Shown here one piece after another: positions 28,924-37,636 of a DNA stretch of 64,000 bases. Under the pieces are notes generated by a model. That model worked only from the letters and a program-made list of their open reading frames with translations. It had not been told where the DNA came from and made no database searches. The stretch lies in contig CAZVIH010000064.1 of NCBI GenBank assembly GCA_964627755.1, forward strand, positions 29,383-93,382. Direction: 5' to 3'. Source of the DNA: an uncultured Anaerolineales bacterium. GTDB lineage: Bacteria; Chloroflexota; Anaerolineae; Anaerolineales; UBA11858. How positions within the stretch are numbered: the first letter of the stretch is position 1; every line of letters starts with the position of its first letter. The position numbers were made by a program, and so were the translations under genes.

Positions 28924-29886
28924 TTAGAGTGGTTTCATCAGACCTTGTTTGCGGATCATGATGAAATGCAAACCCATCGCCCCGACTGTAATTAACGGTA
29001 GGATCAGGATATGGCCAGCGAAAAATCGGCTTAATGTAAGACTGGTAATACTCCATCCGCCTCTTAAGAAAACCAGAGCTAGGTCTCCGATGATTGGAAT
29101 ACTTCCTCCAATCTCTGTACCGACTGTAGTTGCCCAGTATGCTCTCTGGTCCCAGGGAAGCAAATACCCCGTGAATCCGAACGCCAGAGTCATAATTAAC
29201 AGTGATACGCCTGAAACCCAATTCAGCTCCCTGGGCGGTTTGTATGCTCCCATAATAAATACACGCAGCATGTGCGCAAAGGCCATGACAATCATTCCAT
29301 TGGCAGACCAATGGTGGACCATGCGAAATGCCGATCCGAGCAGCACCTCATTTTCTATAAATTGGATGCTGGCGTAAGCTTCGGTAGGGGTCGGTTTGTA
29401 ATAAAAGGCTAACATGATGCCGGTTACACCCTGGACGAGGAAAAGGAAGAAAGTCAATCCTCCCAGGCAGTACCACCAACGCCGCTGCCAATCGGGTACA
29501 GGTTTTGCCAGGATGGGTTTCATAAATTCTGATAATTGATAACGCTCATCAACCCAGGAGAGGATCCGTGTTGGAATAGGAATCCATTTCTCTCTGGATC
29601 GCCAGACACTGGCGCTGCGGGCGATGCCGAAGAGAAGGATTAATCCAGCCCCGCCAAACAGGACCCAGCGACCCAGCGGCGTCCAGATGTTAGTGAATTC
29701 CTCATCGACGTGGCATTGGATGCAGGTATCTTTCTCAGGTTCCGGTGGGGCTTGGGTAATCAGATCAGTGCCATATCCTGAGGAAGATTGATTCGCCGTT
29801 GTATAGGCGTGAACACCTGCAGCTGTGGCAAGGACTAGTATTGCGCTGAGAGCCACAATCAGGATTGTACGGTAAATAGATTTCAT
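28924..29886 (-). CDS. Cytochrome b6-type subunit with N-terminal signal peptide and CxxCH heme-c motif
   Basis: YCLGG (heme ci Cys), HHWSAN...AHMLR, GYLLPWDQ, GH-x14-H; N-terminal CIQCH. Confidence 0.92.
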   Translation of the reverse strand: MKSIYRTILIVALSAILVLATAAGVHAYTTANQSSSGYGTDLITQAPPEPEKDTCIQCHVDEEFTNIWTPLGRWVLFGGAGLILLFGIARSASVWRSREKWIPIPTRILSWVDERYQLSEFMKPILAKPVPDWQRRWWYCLGGLTFFLFLVQGVTGIMLAFYYKPTPTEAYASIQFIENEVLLGSAFRMVHHWSANGMIVMAFAHMLRVFIMGAYKPPRELNWVSGVSLLIMTLAFGFTGYLLPWDQRAYWATTVGTEIGGSIPIIGDLALVFLRGGWSITSLTLSRFFAGHILILPLITVGAMGLHFIMIRKQGLMKPL

Positions 29887-30142
29887 ATAAAACCTCGTCT
29901 GCGCTGAATACAGTGAGACTTAAACCGCAACTATTAAGATTTCAATCAGGAATGAGTTTGATGTTATCCATTCAGCAGGTACCCTCTGTTGAGCAATGTC
30001 TGGATTGATGATCAAAGGAAATACAGGTTGGCAGTATTTTCCCTGATCAAAATGGGTTACATCAATAGATGATAAAAATATAACATAATTCAACCGGTAA
30101 TACAGGTGTCATTCTTCATAAGGGGGCTAAACTTGGAGTCAT

Positions 30143-30637
30143 TCAGCGGATTGTAAAAGAGAATTCCTCGAGAATCTGAGCCACAACTATAGGGATCGCT
30201 TTTGCGACCGCAGGTGTGGGGGTTTCACTGAATTCGAGGATATTTTCAACTTCAACAGCATAAATGCTGAATTCTCCCGGAATTTGATAACCCATCTTTT
30301 CTGCAGCGTCCAGGGCGGTGACCAAAGAAGTGTCATGGGCAGATGTGCTGTGCTGAGTAGGTGATACTGACCTCAGATCATCTAGGCTTAGATGATGGAT
30401 TGTTCCGGGAGTGCTTGACTCGGGATTCAGATAAAAGGCATCGATCAGGATCACCCGTTCATACCCCAACAACGATTCCATCAAGCGCAGCCCACCAGCG
30501 CTGGCTTCAGTGATTGTCAGCTCCGGATGTGCTTCCAGGTTGATCTGCTTTTCCAGTTCGAGGGCGACTTTTACACCTACTCCGTCGTCAGTGAGAATTG
30601 GATTACCCAGACCGATTATTAGTGTTTTCTTATCCAT
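30143..30637 (-). CDS. Hydrogenase maturation protease
   Basis: GLGNPILTDDGVG, ILIDA, SAHD; lies after mvhA. Confidence 0.93.
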   Translation of the reverse strand: MDKKTLIIGLGNPILTDDGVGVKVALELEKQINLEAHPELTITEASAGGLRLMESLLGYERVILIDAFYLNPESSTPGTIHHLSLDDLRSVSPTQHSTSAHDTSLVTALDAAEKMGYQIPGEFSIYAVEVENILEFSETPTPAVAKAIPIVVAQILEEFSFTIR

Positions 30638-30644
30638 AATAAAA

Positions 30645-30688
30645 AGGTAACCAGCTCCCAGAAATGATTCTCTGTTCACTGGTTACCT
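30645..30688 (-). terminator. Terminator-like hairpin between mvhA and the protease gene
   Basis: Minus strand AGGTAACCAG...CTGGTTACCT followed by TTTT. Confidence 0.5.
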
Positions 30689-30722
30689 ATAATTCTACAC
30701 GGATTTTTATGAGTTTATCTCA

Positions 30723-32210
30723 TCAATCGATATATTGACTCTGGGTACCGATCAAATTACCCTCTGCGTCCTTGATTTGCACTTCCAGGGGCATCTGGCC
30801 AGGTAACGAGTGAGTTGCGCAGGACATACAGGGATCGTAATTCCTGAAAGCCATCTCGATTGTGTTGAGAAGACCCTCGCTGACTACTCCGCCTTTTATC
30901 AGCCCCTCAGCTGCCTTTTTGATAGACATGGCAATTGGGGCGTTGTTATTGGTTGTGCCGACGATCAGGTTGACGTCTGTCAAAATGCCATTCTCATCTG
31001 TTTTATAGTGGTGGGTTAATGTACCGCGGGGAGCTTCCACGCTTCCAACACCTTCAGTGGGGGTATTAGTAACGATCGGCCGTACATTGGGATCCAGAAT
31101 CTCCGGATCATTGGCTAGCTCTTGCATCCGCTCAGCGGCGTAGAGCAGTTCTACTAACCTGGCCCAATGAGTCGCCAGTCGGTGATGTACAGGAGCATAA
31201 AGCCCGGCGGTTTTTTGGGAGCCAAGGGTTTCGTAGAATCTTTCATAATGTTCCTGGGCTTTGGGAGTTGCCATGCCGTCGGCTGCATTCAGGCGGGATA
31301 GGGGAGTTGCACAGTAGACGCCACTGTCAACGCCATCAACAAAACCATTCCATCCCACATCTTTCAGGTAGGGGAATTTCAGGTAGGACCATGGTTCTAC
31401 CCGCTCAGCGATATGCTGCGCGTAATCCTTAGAAGGATATTTGACCAGCTCCTTACCCTCAGGACCAACGACCCGGATCAATCCATCATAGAAATTGATC
31501 TGATTCTTATCATCAACGGTGCCCATGTAATAAGTCTTGTGCGTGAAAGCATCGGAGACTATCAGGTCCACATAAGCCTGGTTTGCCAGAACGATATCGT
31601 CAAAGATCTTGAGACTGAAGAGCGCAAAATCGATATTCTTTTGAGAGAAATCAAGGATGGTATCTCGTTCCTCTTTGGTCAGGGATTTACTCCAACCACC
31701 TGGTAACCCCGCAACAGGGTGAACACCACGCCCTCCGAGCATTTTGATGACTTCGTGATTTCTTTTCCTGCACTCGATTACCTGGATTCCGATATCCACG
31801 CCCACTTTGTGAATTACACCCAGGATATTCCGTTCTGCTGGGTTTGAATCCGGACCCAGAACAAAGTCAGGGCCTCCCAGAGCGTAGAAGTGGACTGTGT
31901 GGTCAGTGACATAAAAGGCAGAGTAGAAAAGCTCCCTCAGCTTCTTAACAACTGGTGCAGGGTCGATGTCAAAAAGAGCATCCAGGGCTTTGGTGGCAGC
32001 CATATGGTGTGCTTCAGGGCAGACACCGCAGATCCGGTTTGTGATGCGGGGCATTTCCTCTGCAGGTCGGCCAATTGAGAACTGTTCAAAACCCCGCAAT
32101 TCGGGGATTTGCAGATAGGCATTCTTAACATCGCCTTCTTCGTTGAGGAAGATCTCAATCTTTCCATGGCCTTCCAGTCTGGTTATTGGATCTATGGTTA
32201 TACGTTCCAT
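30723..32210 (-). CDS. mvhA: [NiFe]-hydrogenase group 3c large subunit MvhA
   Basis: TRLEGHG, L1 RICGVCPEAHH, EAPRG, L2 DPCMSCATH plus a cleavable C-terminal tail. Confidence 0.93.
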   Translation of the reverse strand: MERITIDPITRLEGHGKIEIFLNEEGDVKNAYLQIPELRGFEQFSIGRPAEEMPRITNRICGVCPEAHHMAATKALDALFDIDPAPVVKKLRELFYSAFYVTDHTVHFYALGGPDFVLGPDSNPAERNILGVIHKVGVDIGIQVIECRKRNHEVIKMLGGRGVHPVAGLPGGWSKSLTKEERDTILDFSQKNIDFALFSLKIFDDIVLANQAYVDLIVSDAFTHKTYYMGTVDDKNQINFYDGLIRVVGPEGKELVKYPSKDYAQHIAERVEPWSYLKFPYLKDVGWNGFVDGVDSGVYCATPLSRLNAADGMATPKAQEHYERFYETLGSQKTAGLYAPVHHRLATHWARLVELLYAAERMQELANDPEILDPNVRPIVTNTPTEGVGSVEAPRGTLTHHYKTDENGILTDVNLIVGTTNNNAPIAMSIKKAAEGLIKGGVVSEGLLNTIEMAFRNYDPCMSCATHSLPGQMPLEVQIKDAEGNLIGTQSQYID

Positions 32211-33229
32211 TAAACAGCTCCTTTGCCATTCTTGACACGTTTAAGGATAGAATGCGCCATGCTGAAGCGGTAGAAAGTCCCAACAGGATCGGCGATGGTA
32301 TCCACCGCTTCCTGGATCAGTTCTTCCAGCTTATCTTCTTCCATGGACTCATCACCCACGTCAAGAACGGAAGCAATTGCGGACAGCATTTTGGCTCCCT
32401 GGTCCTCCACTCCATCAGGAGGACCATAACAACCTCGGCACCCGATACCAACGGATGGGCATAAGGCACCGCATCCTGCCCGGGTTGCTATCCCCAGACA
32501 AATAATTCCTTGTTCCAGCAGGCATTGATCCGGGTCTGGTTGAATTTCGTAAGGACGATAAAATCGCTTGATCGTCTTCTCGTGTTTCTCTCGGCTGCAT
32601 TCTTCACAGAGCGCGGTTGTTCCGGCACCTAAGATCGCGCCTGCGGGTGGAAGTGGAAGCCCTTCAGTCAGGGCACCAACGACAACTTGCAGTACGGCCC
32701 AGATCTGGTGAGGTTCAGGTGGACATCCAGGGATGTAATAATCCACATCTATTACCTGGTCTAGGGATTTTACTGTGTGATAGAAATTTGGCAGGAACAA
32801 ATCACCTTCGTCCACCTTGCTAACCAATTGAGGGAAGATGCCGTCCGGATTGTCAATCGTGGGATTGTCAATATAAACCTTATTGAACGTGGCTTCCTTT
32901 GTTGTAAGGTTTGAGAGGGCCGGGATACAGCCTTCGTAGGCACAAGATCCAAAAGCCACCAATACCTTGGATTTCTTCCGGAGAAGGTGAGCCATTTCCT
33001 CATTTTCTGAATTGCGGATAGCACCGTTGAATAAACACAGATCGATATAACCATCAGGATAAGATTCCAAATCCTTGATCTTAAAATCCGCGATGCAGGG
33101 GAAAAAGACGATCTCAAAAACCTCATCTACGGTCAGGATATTCTCATGGATGTTCAACACTGAGATTTCGCAGCCACCGCAGGATGAAGCCCAGTACATG
33201 GCCAGTTTTGGTTTTCCATTACCTGTCAT
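32210..33229 (-). CDS. mvhG: [NiFe]-hydrogenase small subunit MvhG
   Basis: SCGGCE, FGSCA, PGCPP, CLLEQGIICLG, CGALC, CRGCYG; no Tat signal. Confidence 0.92.
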   Translation of the reverse strand: MTGNGKPKLAMYWASSCGGCEISVLNIHENILTVDEVFEIVFFPCIADFKIKDLESYPDGYIDLCLFNGAIRNSENEEMAHLLRKKSKVLVAFGSCAYEGCIPALSNLTTKEATFNKVYIDNPTIDNPDGIFPQLVSKVDEGDLFLPNFYHTVKSLDQVIDVDYYIPGCPPEPHQIWAVLQVVVGALTEGLPLPPAGAILGAGTTALCEECSREKHEKTIKRFYRPYEIQPDPDQCLLEQGIICLGIATRAGCGALCPSVGIGCRGCYGPPDGVEDQGAKMLSAIASVLDVGDESMEEDKLEELIQEAVDTIADPVGTFYRFSMAHSILKRVKNGKGAV

Positions 33230-33695
33230 GTTGTGCCTCCTGTATAACTGCGTAAGCAGCAGCCCTGTTATCTATTAATACTTTTTCTCCCCAGCGAAGG
33301 GGGCCTAAAGCCCGAACCTCTTCTGTCATCCGGGTCACAGCTGCTGCCAGGACAGTCCCCTCCGAAGCGGAAGCCCATAGGAGCTGAACCCGTTCGTCTT
33401 CGATGCCCCATTGTTCCATGGTCTTTTTCAAAAGCATGAAGCGCCGCAGAGCTTTTATGTTTCCGTTGACGTAATGACATTCTCCTGGGTGGCATCCGGC
33501 AATCAGAACACCATCAGCACCGCTTCGCAAAGCCTGGAGAACAAATTGTGGATCCACTCTACCGGAACACATTACGCGTATAGGTCGTAAATTTGGTGCA
33601 TATTTGATCCGGGCTGTTCCTGCAAGGTCGGCTGCTCGGTAGGAGCACCAATTGCATAGAAAACCTACGATCACAGGTTCAAATTGATCATTCAT
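33219..33695 (-). CDS. mvhD: Hydrogenase [2Fe-2S] subunit MvhD
   Basis: FLCNWCSY, MCSGRVD, GCHPGECHY. Confidence 0.95.
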   Translation of the reverse strand: MNDQFEPVIVGFLCNWCSYRAADLAGTARIKYAPNLRPIRVMCSGRVDPQFVLQALRSGADGVLIAGCHPGECHYVNGNIKALRRFMLLKKTMEQWGIEDERVQLLWASASEGTVLAAAVTRMTEEVRALGPLRWGEKVLIDNRAAAYAVIQEAQHDR

Positions 33696-35725
33696 AAAAC
33701 CTCCTGCTTCACTGAGACCTCACCCTGTGCATCCCAGAGGATTCCATTTAATTCAGCAAAAATTTGTGTGTTAGTGAAGTGTGCCCCATCGATAACTCCT
33801 GATGGACAGCCCGCAACGCAGGTGCCGCAGCCCTGGCACAGGGCAGTGATCACCCGGGATACACCCTTTTCCTCATCAAACTCGATCGCGTTGTAAGGAC
33901 AGAGTGTATTGCAGATCCGGCATCCAGAGCACTCATCCTCTCTGATACTCGCCCGGACCGGTTCCATCAGCACCGTGCCCTGGCTGATGAGTTTTGCAAC
34001 CTGTGATGCAGCGGCTCCTCCCTGGGCAACTGTATCAGGAATGTCTTTTGGTCCCTGGCAAGCGCCGGCGATAAAAACGCCATCAGTCATCGTGGAAACC
34101 GGAGCAAGTTTGGGGTGCCGCTCATTGAAGAAACCGTCGTAATCGCAGCCCATCTTGAAGAGCTTTGATACTTCTTCCGCGTCATGCCTGGCTTCAACTC
34201 CAGCACTAAGGATCACCATGTCCACCGGAGTTCTTTGCTGCTTGCCAATCAATGTGTTTTCCGCCTGGACGATCAGTTTATTTTCTTCTCCTGCACGACA
34301 GGCAGCTCCAGTAATTTCCGCTACGCGACCGCGTATGAAATGTGTACCTTCCTTCAGCAGCCGGTGGTAAAACTCTTCATAACCTTTGCCGGGTGTCCGC
34401 ATGTCGATATAGTAGTTATATACTTCTGCTTCGGGCAGATGTTCATGAACCAGGTGGGCAAATTTGAGAGAGTACATACAGCAAACTTTTGAGCAGTACT
34501 CGTTATGGTTCTGATCGCGGGATCCAACACAGTGAACGATTGCCACGCTTTTTGGATGTGTGATCCCATCCCGGAGAACGATGTGACCTTCTGTTGGCCC
34601 AGAAGCATTAACCATTCGTTCAAATTCCAGGCTGGAAAAGACATTAGCCAATCTGCCGTAACCGTACTGGGGGATTTTTCGGGCGTCAAAAAGATCATAA
34701 CCAGTTGCCAGGATGATGTTGCCCACATCGAAATTGATCATCTCGTCCTGCTGTTCATAATCAATTGCGTTGGTTGGGCAGACTGTTTCGCAAATTTTGC
34801 ACTTTCCGGTTTGGAAATAAGTGCAGTTCTCTTTATCTAGAACGGGATAACCAGGAACTGCCTGGGGAAATGCCCGGTAAATGGATTTTCTGTAGCCAAG
34901 ACCCGCTCCGTAATTATCATCGATTACTTTCTGAGGGCATTTTTCCTCACAGATACCGCAGGAAGTGCATAATTCCTCATTCACGCAGCGGGCTTTTTTC
35001 TTAACAGTGATATTGAAGTCGCCGATATGTCCATCAACACTTTCAACCTCGCTGTAAGTCAATAAGGTGATATTGTCATTCTGTCCAACATCCACCATCT
35101 TGGGGGTCAGGATACAGGCAGAGCAATCCAGGGTTGGGAACGTCTTATCGATCTGAGCCATGTGCCCGCCGATCGTGCCGTCTCTTTCCACCAGATATAC
35201 ATGATGGCCAGCTTCTGCAAGTTCAAGCGCCGCAGTGATGCCGGCGATACCGCCGCCAACGATCAATGTATTGGGATTAATCGAGACTTGGATCTTCTCC
35301 AGAGGGACATGATGGACGACCCGCTCAACAGCACCATTGACCAATGCTTTGGCTTTAACAGTGGCTGCAACCTTATCGTTGGTTGCCCAGGATCCATGCT
35401 CACGAATATTTGCCATTTCGAAGAGGAATGGATTTAAACCTCCGCGTTTTGTGGTCTCCCGAAATGTTTTCTCATGCATGTGCGGAGAACAGGAAGCAAC
35501 AACTATCCTGGTTAGTCCTTTTTCCTTAATATCGTTTTCGATCAACTCCTGACCTGTGCTGGAACACATGAATTCATATGTGCGTGCAACAGCAACATTG
35601 GGGTTATTCTCTGCCCACTTTGCGACTTCCTTAACATCTATTGTTCCTGCGATATTGGAACCGCAATGACATACGTAAACGCCTACTCTTTCACGTTCTG
35701 CGGGGGATTTTTTCATATCAGTCAT
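33692..35725 (-). CDS. hdrA: Heterodisulfide reductase subunit A (FAD, electron bifurcating)
   Basis: VCHCGSNI, GGGIAG, KTFPTLDCSAC, HCVGSRD, CSKVCCMYS and two ferredoxin-type domains. Confidence 0.95.
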   Translation of the reverse strand: MTDMKKSPAERERVGVYVCHCGSNIAGTIDVKEVAKWAENNPNVAVARTYEFMCSSTGQELIENDIKEKGLTRIVVASCSPHMHEKTFRETTKRGGLNPFLFEMANIREHGSWATNDKVAATVKAKALVNGAVERVVHHVPLEKIQVSINPNTLIVGGGIAGITAALELAEAGHHVYLVERDGTIGGHMAQIDKTFPTLDCSACILTPKMVDVGQNDNITLLTYSEVESVDGHIGDFNITVKKKARCVNEELCTSCGICEEKCPQKVIDDNYGAGLGYRKSIYRAFPQAVPGYPVLDKENCTYFQTGKCKICETVCPTNAIDYEQQDEMINFDVGNIILATGYDLFDARKIPQYGYGRLANVFSSLEFERMVNASGPTEGHIVLRDGITHPKSVAIVHCVGSRDQNHNEYCSKVCCMYSLKFAHLVHEHLPEAEVYNYYIDMRTPGKGYEEFYHRLLKEGTHFIRGRVAEITGAACRAGEENKLIVQAENTLIGKQQRTPVDMVILSAGVEARHDAEEVSKLFKMGCDYDGFFNERHPKLAPVSTMTDGVFIAGACQGPKDIPDTVAQGGAAASQVAKLISQGTVLMEPVRASIREDECSGCRICNTLCPYNAIEFDEEKGVSRVITALCQGCGTCVAGCPSGVIDGAHFTNTQIFAELNGILWDAQGEVSVKQEVL

Positions 35726-35728
35726 GGA

Positions 35729-36685
35729 TTATCCCTCCTCCGCCATAATTGGCATGGGTAAGCCGGTTTTCTTCTCACGGATTCGTTTTGGTTTAGGTGC
35801 CTCGTTTGTGATCTTCTCCAGGACTGGTTTGGCGGGAACGATTTCCTTGCCAAAACCAAGTTCCTCGGCGGGGATGTCAAAGGCTATACCCATTAGCTGG
35901 GTAAAGTAGACGATTGGTATTTTATAGTTGGTGCCAAATTGGGCGTTGACAGCATCCTGATATGCGTCCAAATTAAGTTGACACATTGGACAAAGAGTGG
36001 CGATCAGATCAGCCTCGCAGTCTGCAGCGTTTTTCAACAGACGCCTGATCAATTCCAGAGCAGTTTCTTCGCTGATCTGTGTCATATGACCACCGCAGCA
36101 TTGGGCCTTGAGGGGATAATCAATCACTGTCGCACCCAAGACCTCCAGAATTTTATCCATAGATGTTGGGTGTTCTGGATCATCAAAACTTTCCATTGAG
36201 GCCGGACGGGGAACCAGGCACCCATAGTAAGGTGCAACCCGCAGGTTGTAGAGAGGTTTCTTTACCTGGGCTTTGATGGCATCAAAGCCGATATCAACCA
36301 CCATGGTTTCCAGGAGGTGCTGTACGTTTATAGAACCGGGTTCATAACTTAAACCTCCCGCTTCCAGGGCTAGGTCCACTTTTCCCCTCAGCTCCTCATT
36401 TTCCTGAAGGTAATGGTCAACCTTTTTGAGGTTCAAGTAACAGGCACTGCAGGGGGCGACGAGGTTCTCGCTGCTATTTTGATCAGCTGCCAGCGCAAGG
36501 TTTCTGGATACCAATGCGTAAGCCGGAATTTTATTGATGGCGATATACTCAGTGGCACCGCAGCAATTCCAGTCATCAACTTCGACAAATTCAATGCCAA
36601 GCGGCTTGGCTACTGCCAGCGTTGAGGTGTGGTAAGCCCGGGCATTTTTTTCCATCGAACAACCCGGATAATATCCATATTTCAT
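35729..36685 (-). CDS. hdrB: Heterodisulfide reductase subunit B
   Basis: YYPGC, WNCCG, CSAC, YYGC, QCCGG, CPMC (two CCG domains). Confidence 0.95.
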   Translation of the reverse strand: MKYGYYPGCSMEKNARAYHTSTLAVAKPLGIEFVEVDDWNCCGATEYIAINKIPAYALVSRNLALAADQNSSENLVAPCSACYLNLKKVDHYLQENEELRGKVDLALEAGGLSYEPGSINVQHLLETMVVDIGFDAIKAQVKKPLYNLRVAPYYGCLVPRPASMESFDDPEHPTSMDKILEVLGATVIDYPLKAQCCGGHMTQISEETALELIRRLLKNAADCEADLIATLCPMCQLNLDAYQDAVNAQFGTNYKIPIVYFTQLMGIAFDIPAEELGFGKEIVPAKPVLEKITNEAPKPKRIREKKTGLPMPIMAEEG

Positions 36686-37266
36686 GCTGCACCTCCCAGC
36701 TCTTTGGCCTTTTTAATGATGGCTTTCAATTGAGGAAGATTTTTAATCTTAGTTGGAATAAAATCCATCCGGCCTTTTGTGATCATTTTCAGCCCCATCC
36801 CAGTAGCAAGTTTTACCGCACTCAGCGGATGGTAGCGCAAATGGTGCCTCATCACGACGCCCATTTCAAAACTGCGTCCGTTGTTTTCAACCAGGTCCAT
36901 AAAGGTTTCCGAGAATTCGGGCGCTTTGTCTTTGTCGATCTCCCTAAAATATCCCGCCTCAATGGCCATGCGCTTTAATGTGTACATGATATCCGTGATC
37001 GGGATCTCCTGGGGACAACGGACCATGCAGTAATAACATGAGACACAAAACCAGGGTGTGTTGCTTGTTAATACTTCTTCCTCCATCTCAGAGTCGATCA
37101 TTGCAAAAAGGGTCCGTGGACTGTGATCCATATCTGGCCCGGATGGGCAGGATCCAGAACAAGTACCGCACTGGATGCAGGTATATAAGTTACTTGCCTT
37201 TCCAGGAGTTTCTGCGATAATCTTGTCTATCAAGGTGGGGGGGCGAGACGTGAAAGTATCGGTCAT
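36682..37266 (-). CDS. hdrC: Heterodisulfide reductase subunit C
   Basis: CIQCGTCSGSCP, CVSCYYCMVRCP; GAGGAGG RBS before ATG 37266. Confidence 0.93.
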   Translation of the reverse strand: MTDTFTSRPPTLIDKIIAETPGKASNLYTCIQCGTCSGSCPSGPDMDHSPRTLFAMIDSEMEEEVLTSNTPWFCVSCYYCMVRCPQEIPITDIMYTLKRMAIEAGYFREIDKDKAPEFSETFMDLVENNGRSFEMGVVMRHHLRYHPLSAVKLATGMGLKMITKGRMDFIPTKIKNLPQLKAIIKKAKELGGAA

Positions 37267-37389
37267 ACCAGCCTCCTCAAAACTCAAAAATAGATGAGAT
37301 TTACTTTTCTCCTAAATTAATTAATAATCAGAGTTCATGAAACTGATAAGGAATACCTGTCTAGTATAGTAAATCGATATATATTCTTA

Positions 37390-37407
37390 TAGTGATTAAA
37401 ATCACAA
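37390..37407. promoter_or_regulatory. Putative Rex operator between divergent hdrC and tkt
   Basis: TAGTGAT-TAAA-ATCACAA versus consensus TTGTGAA-N4-TTCACAA; palindromic core. Confidence 0.6.
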
Positions 37408-37636
37408 TGAATGGAAAATTGGATGGAATTTCATTCAAGAGCTTGAAGAATGAGATAATAAAATTACGAATGATATAAGACGTACTAAAAATGTGATGTG
37501 ATATTTTTGATAAACTGAAGATAAATCTGATCCCTTTTAGCAAAAGTAATGAATTTCTTCTGCAAATAGTCTAAGTAAGAAGGGATTACGGTAGAATTGG
37601 AGCAATAAAAATAATTCAATTGAGGAGTTTATACCT

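Noticed and set aside
30723-37266. Selenocysteine in MvhA, MvhD or HdrA
   Set aside because: All the relevant motifs are intact with Cys (DPCMSC, CNWC, DCSAC) and there are no in-frame TGA breaks.
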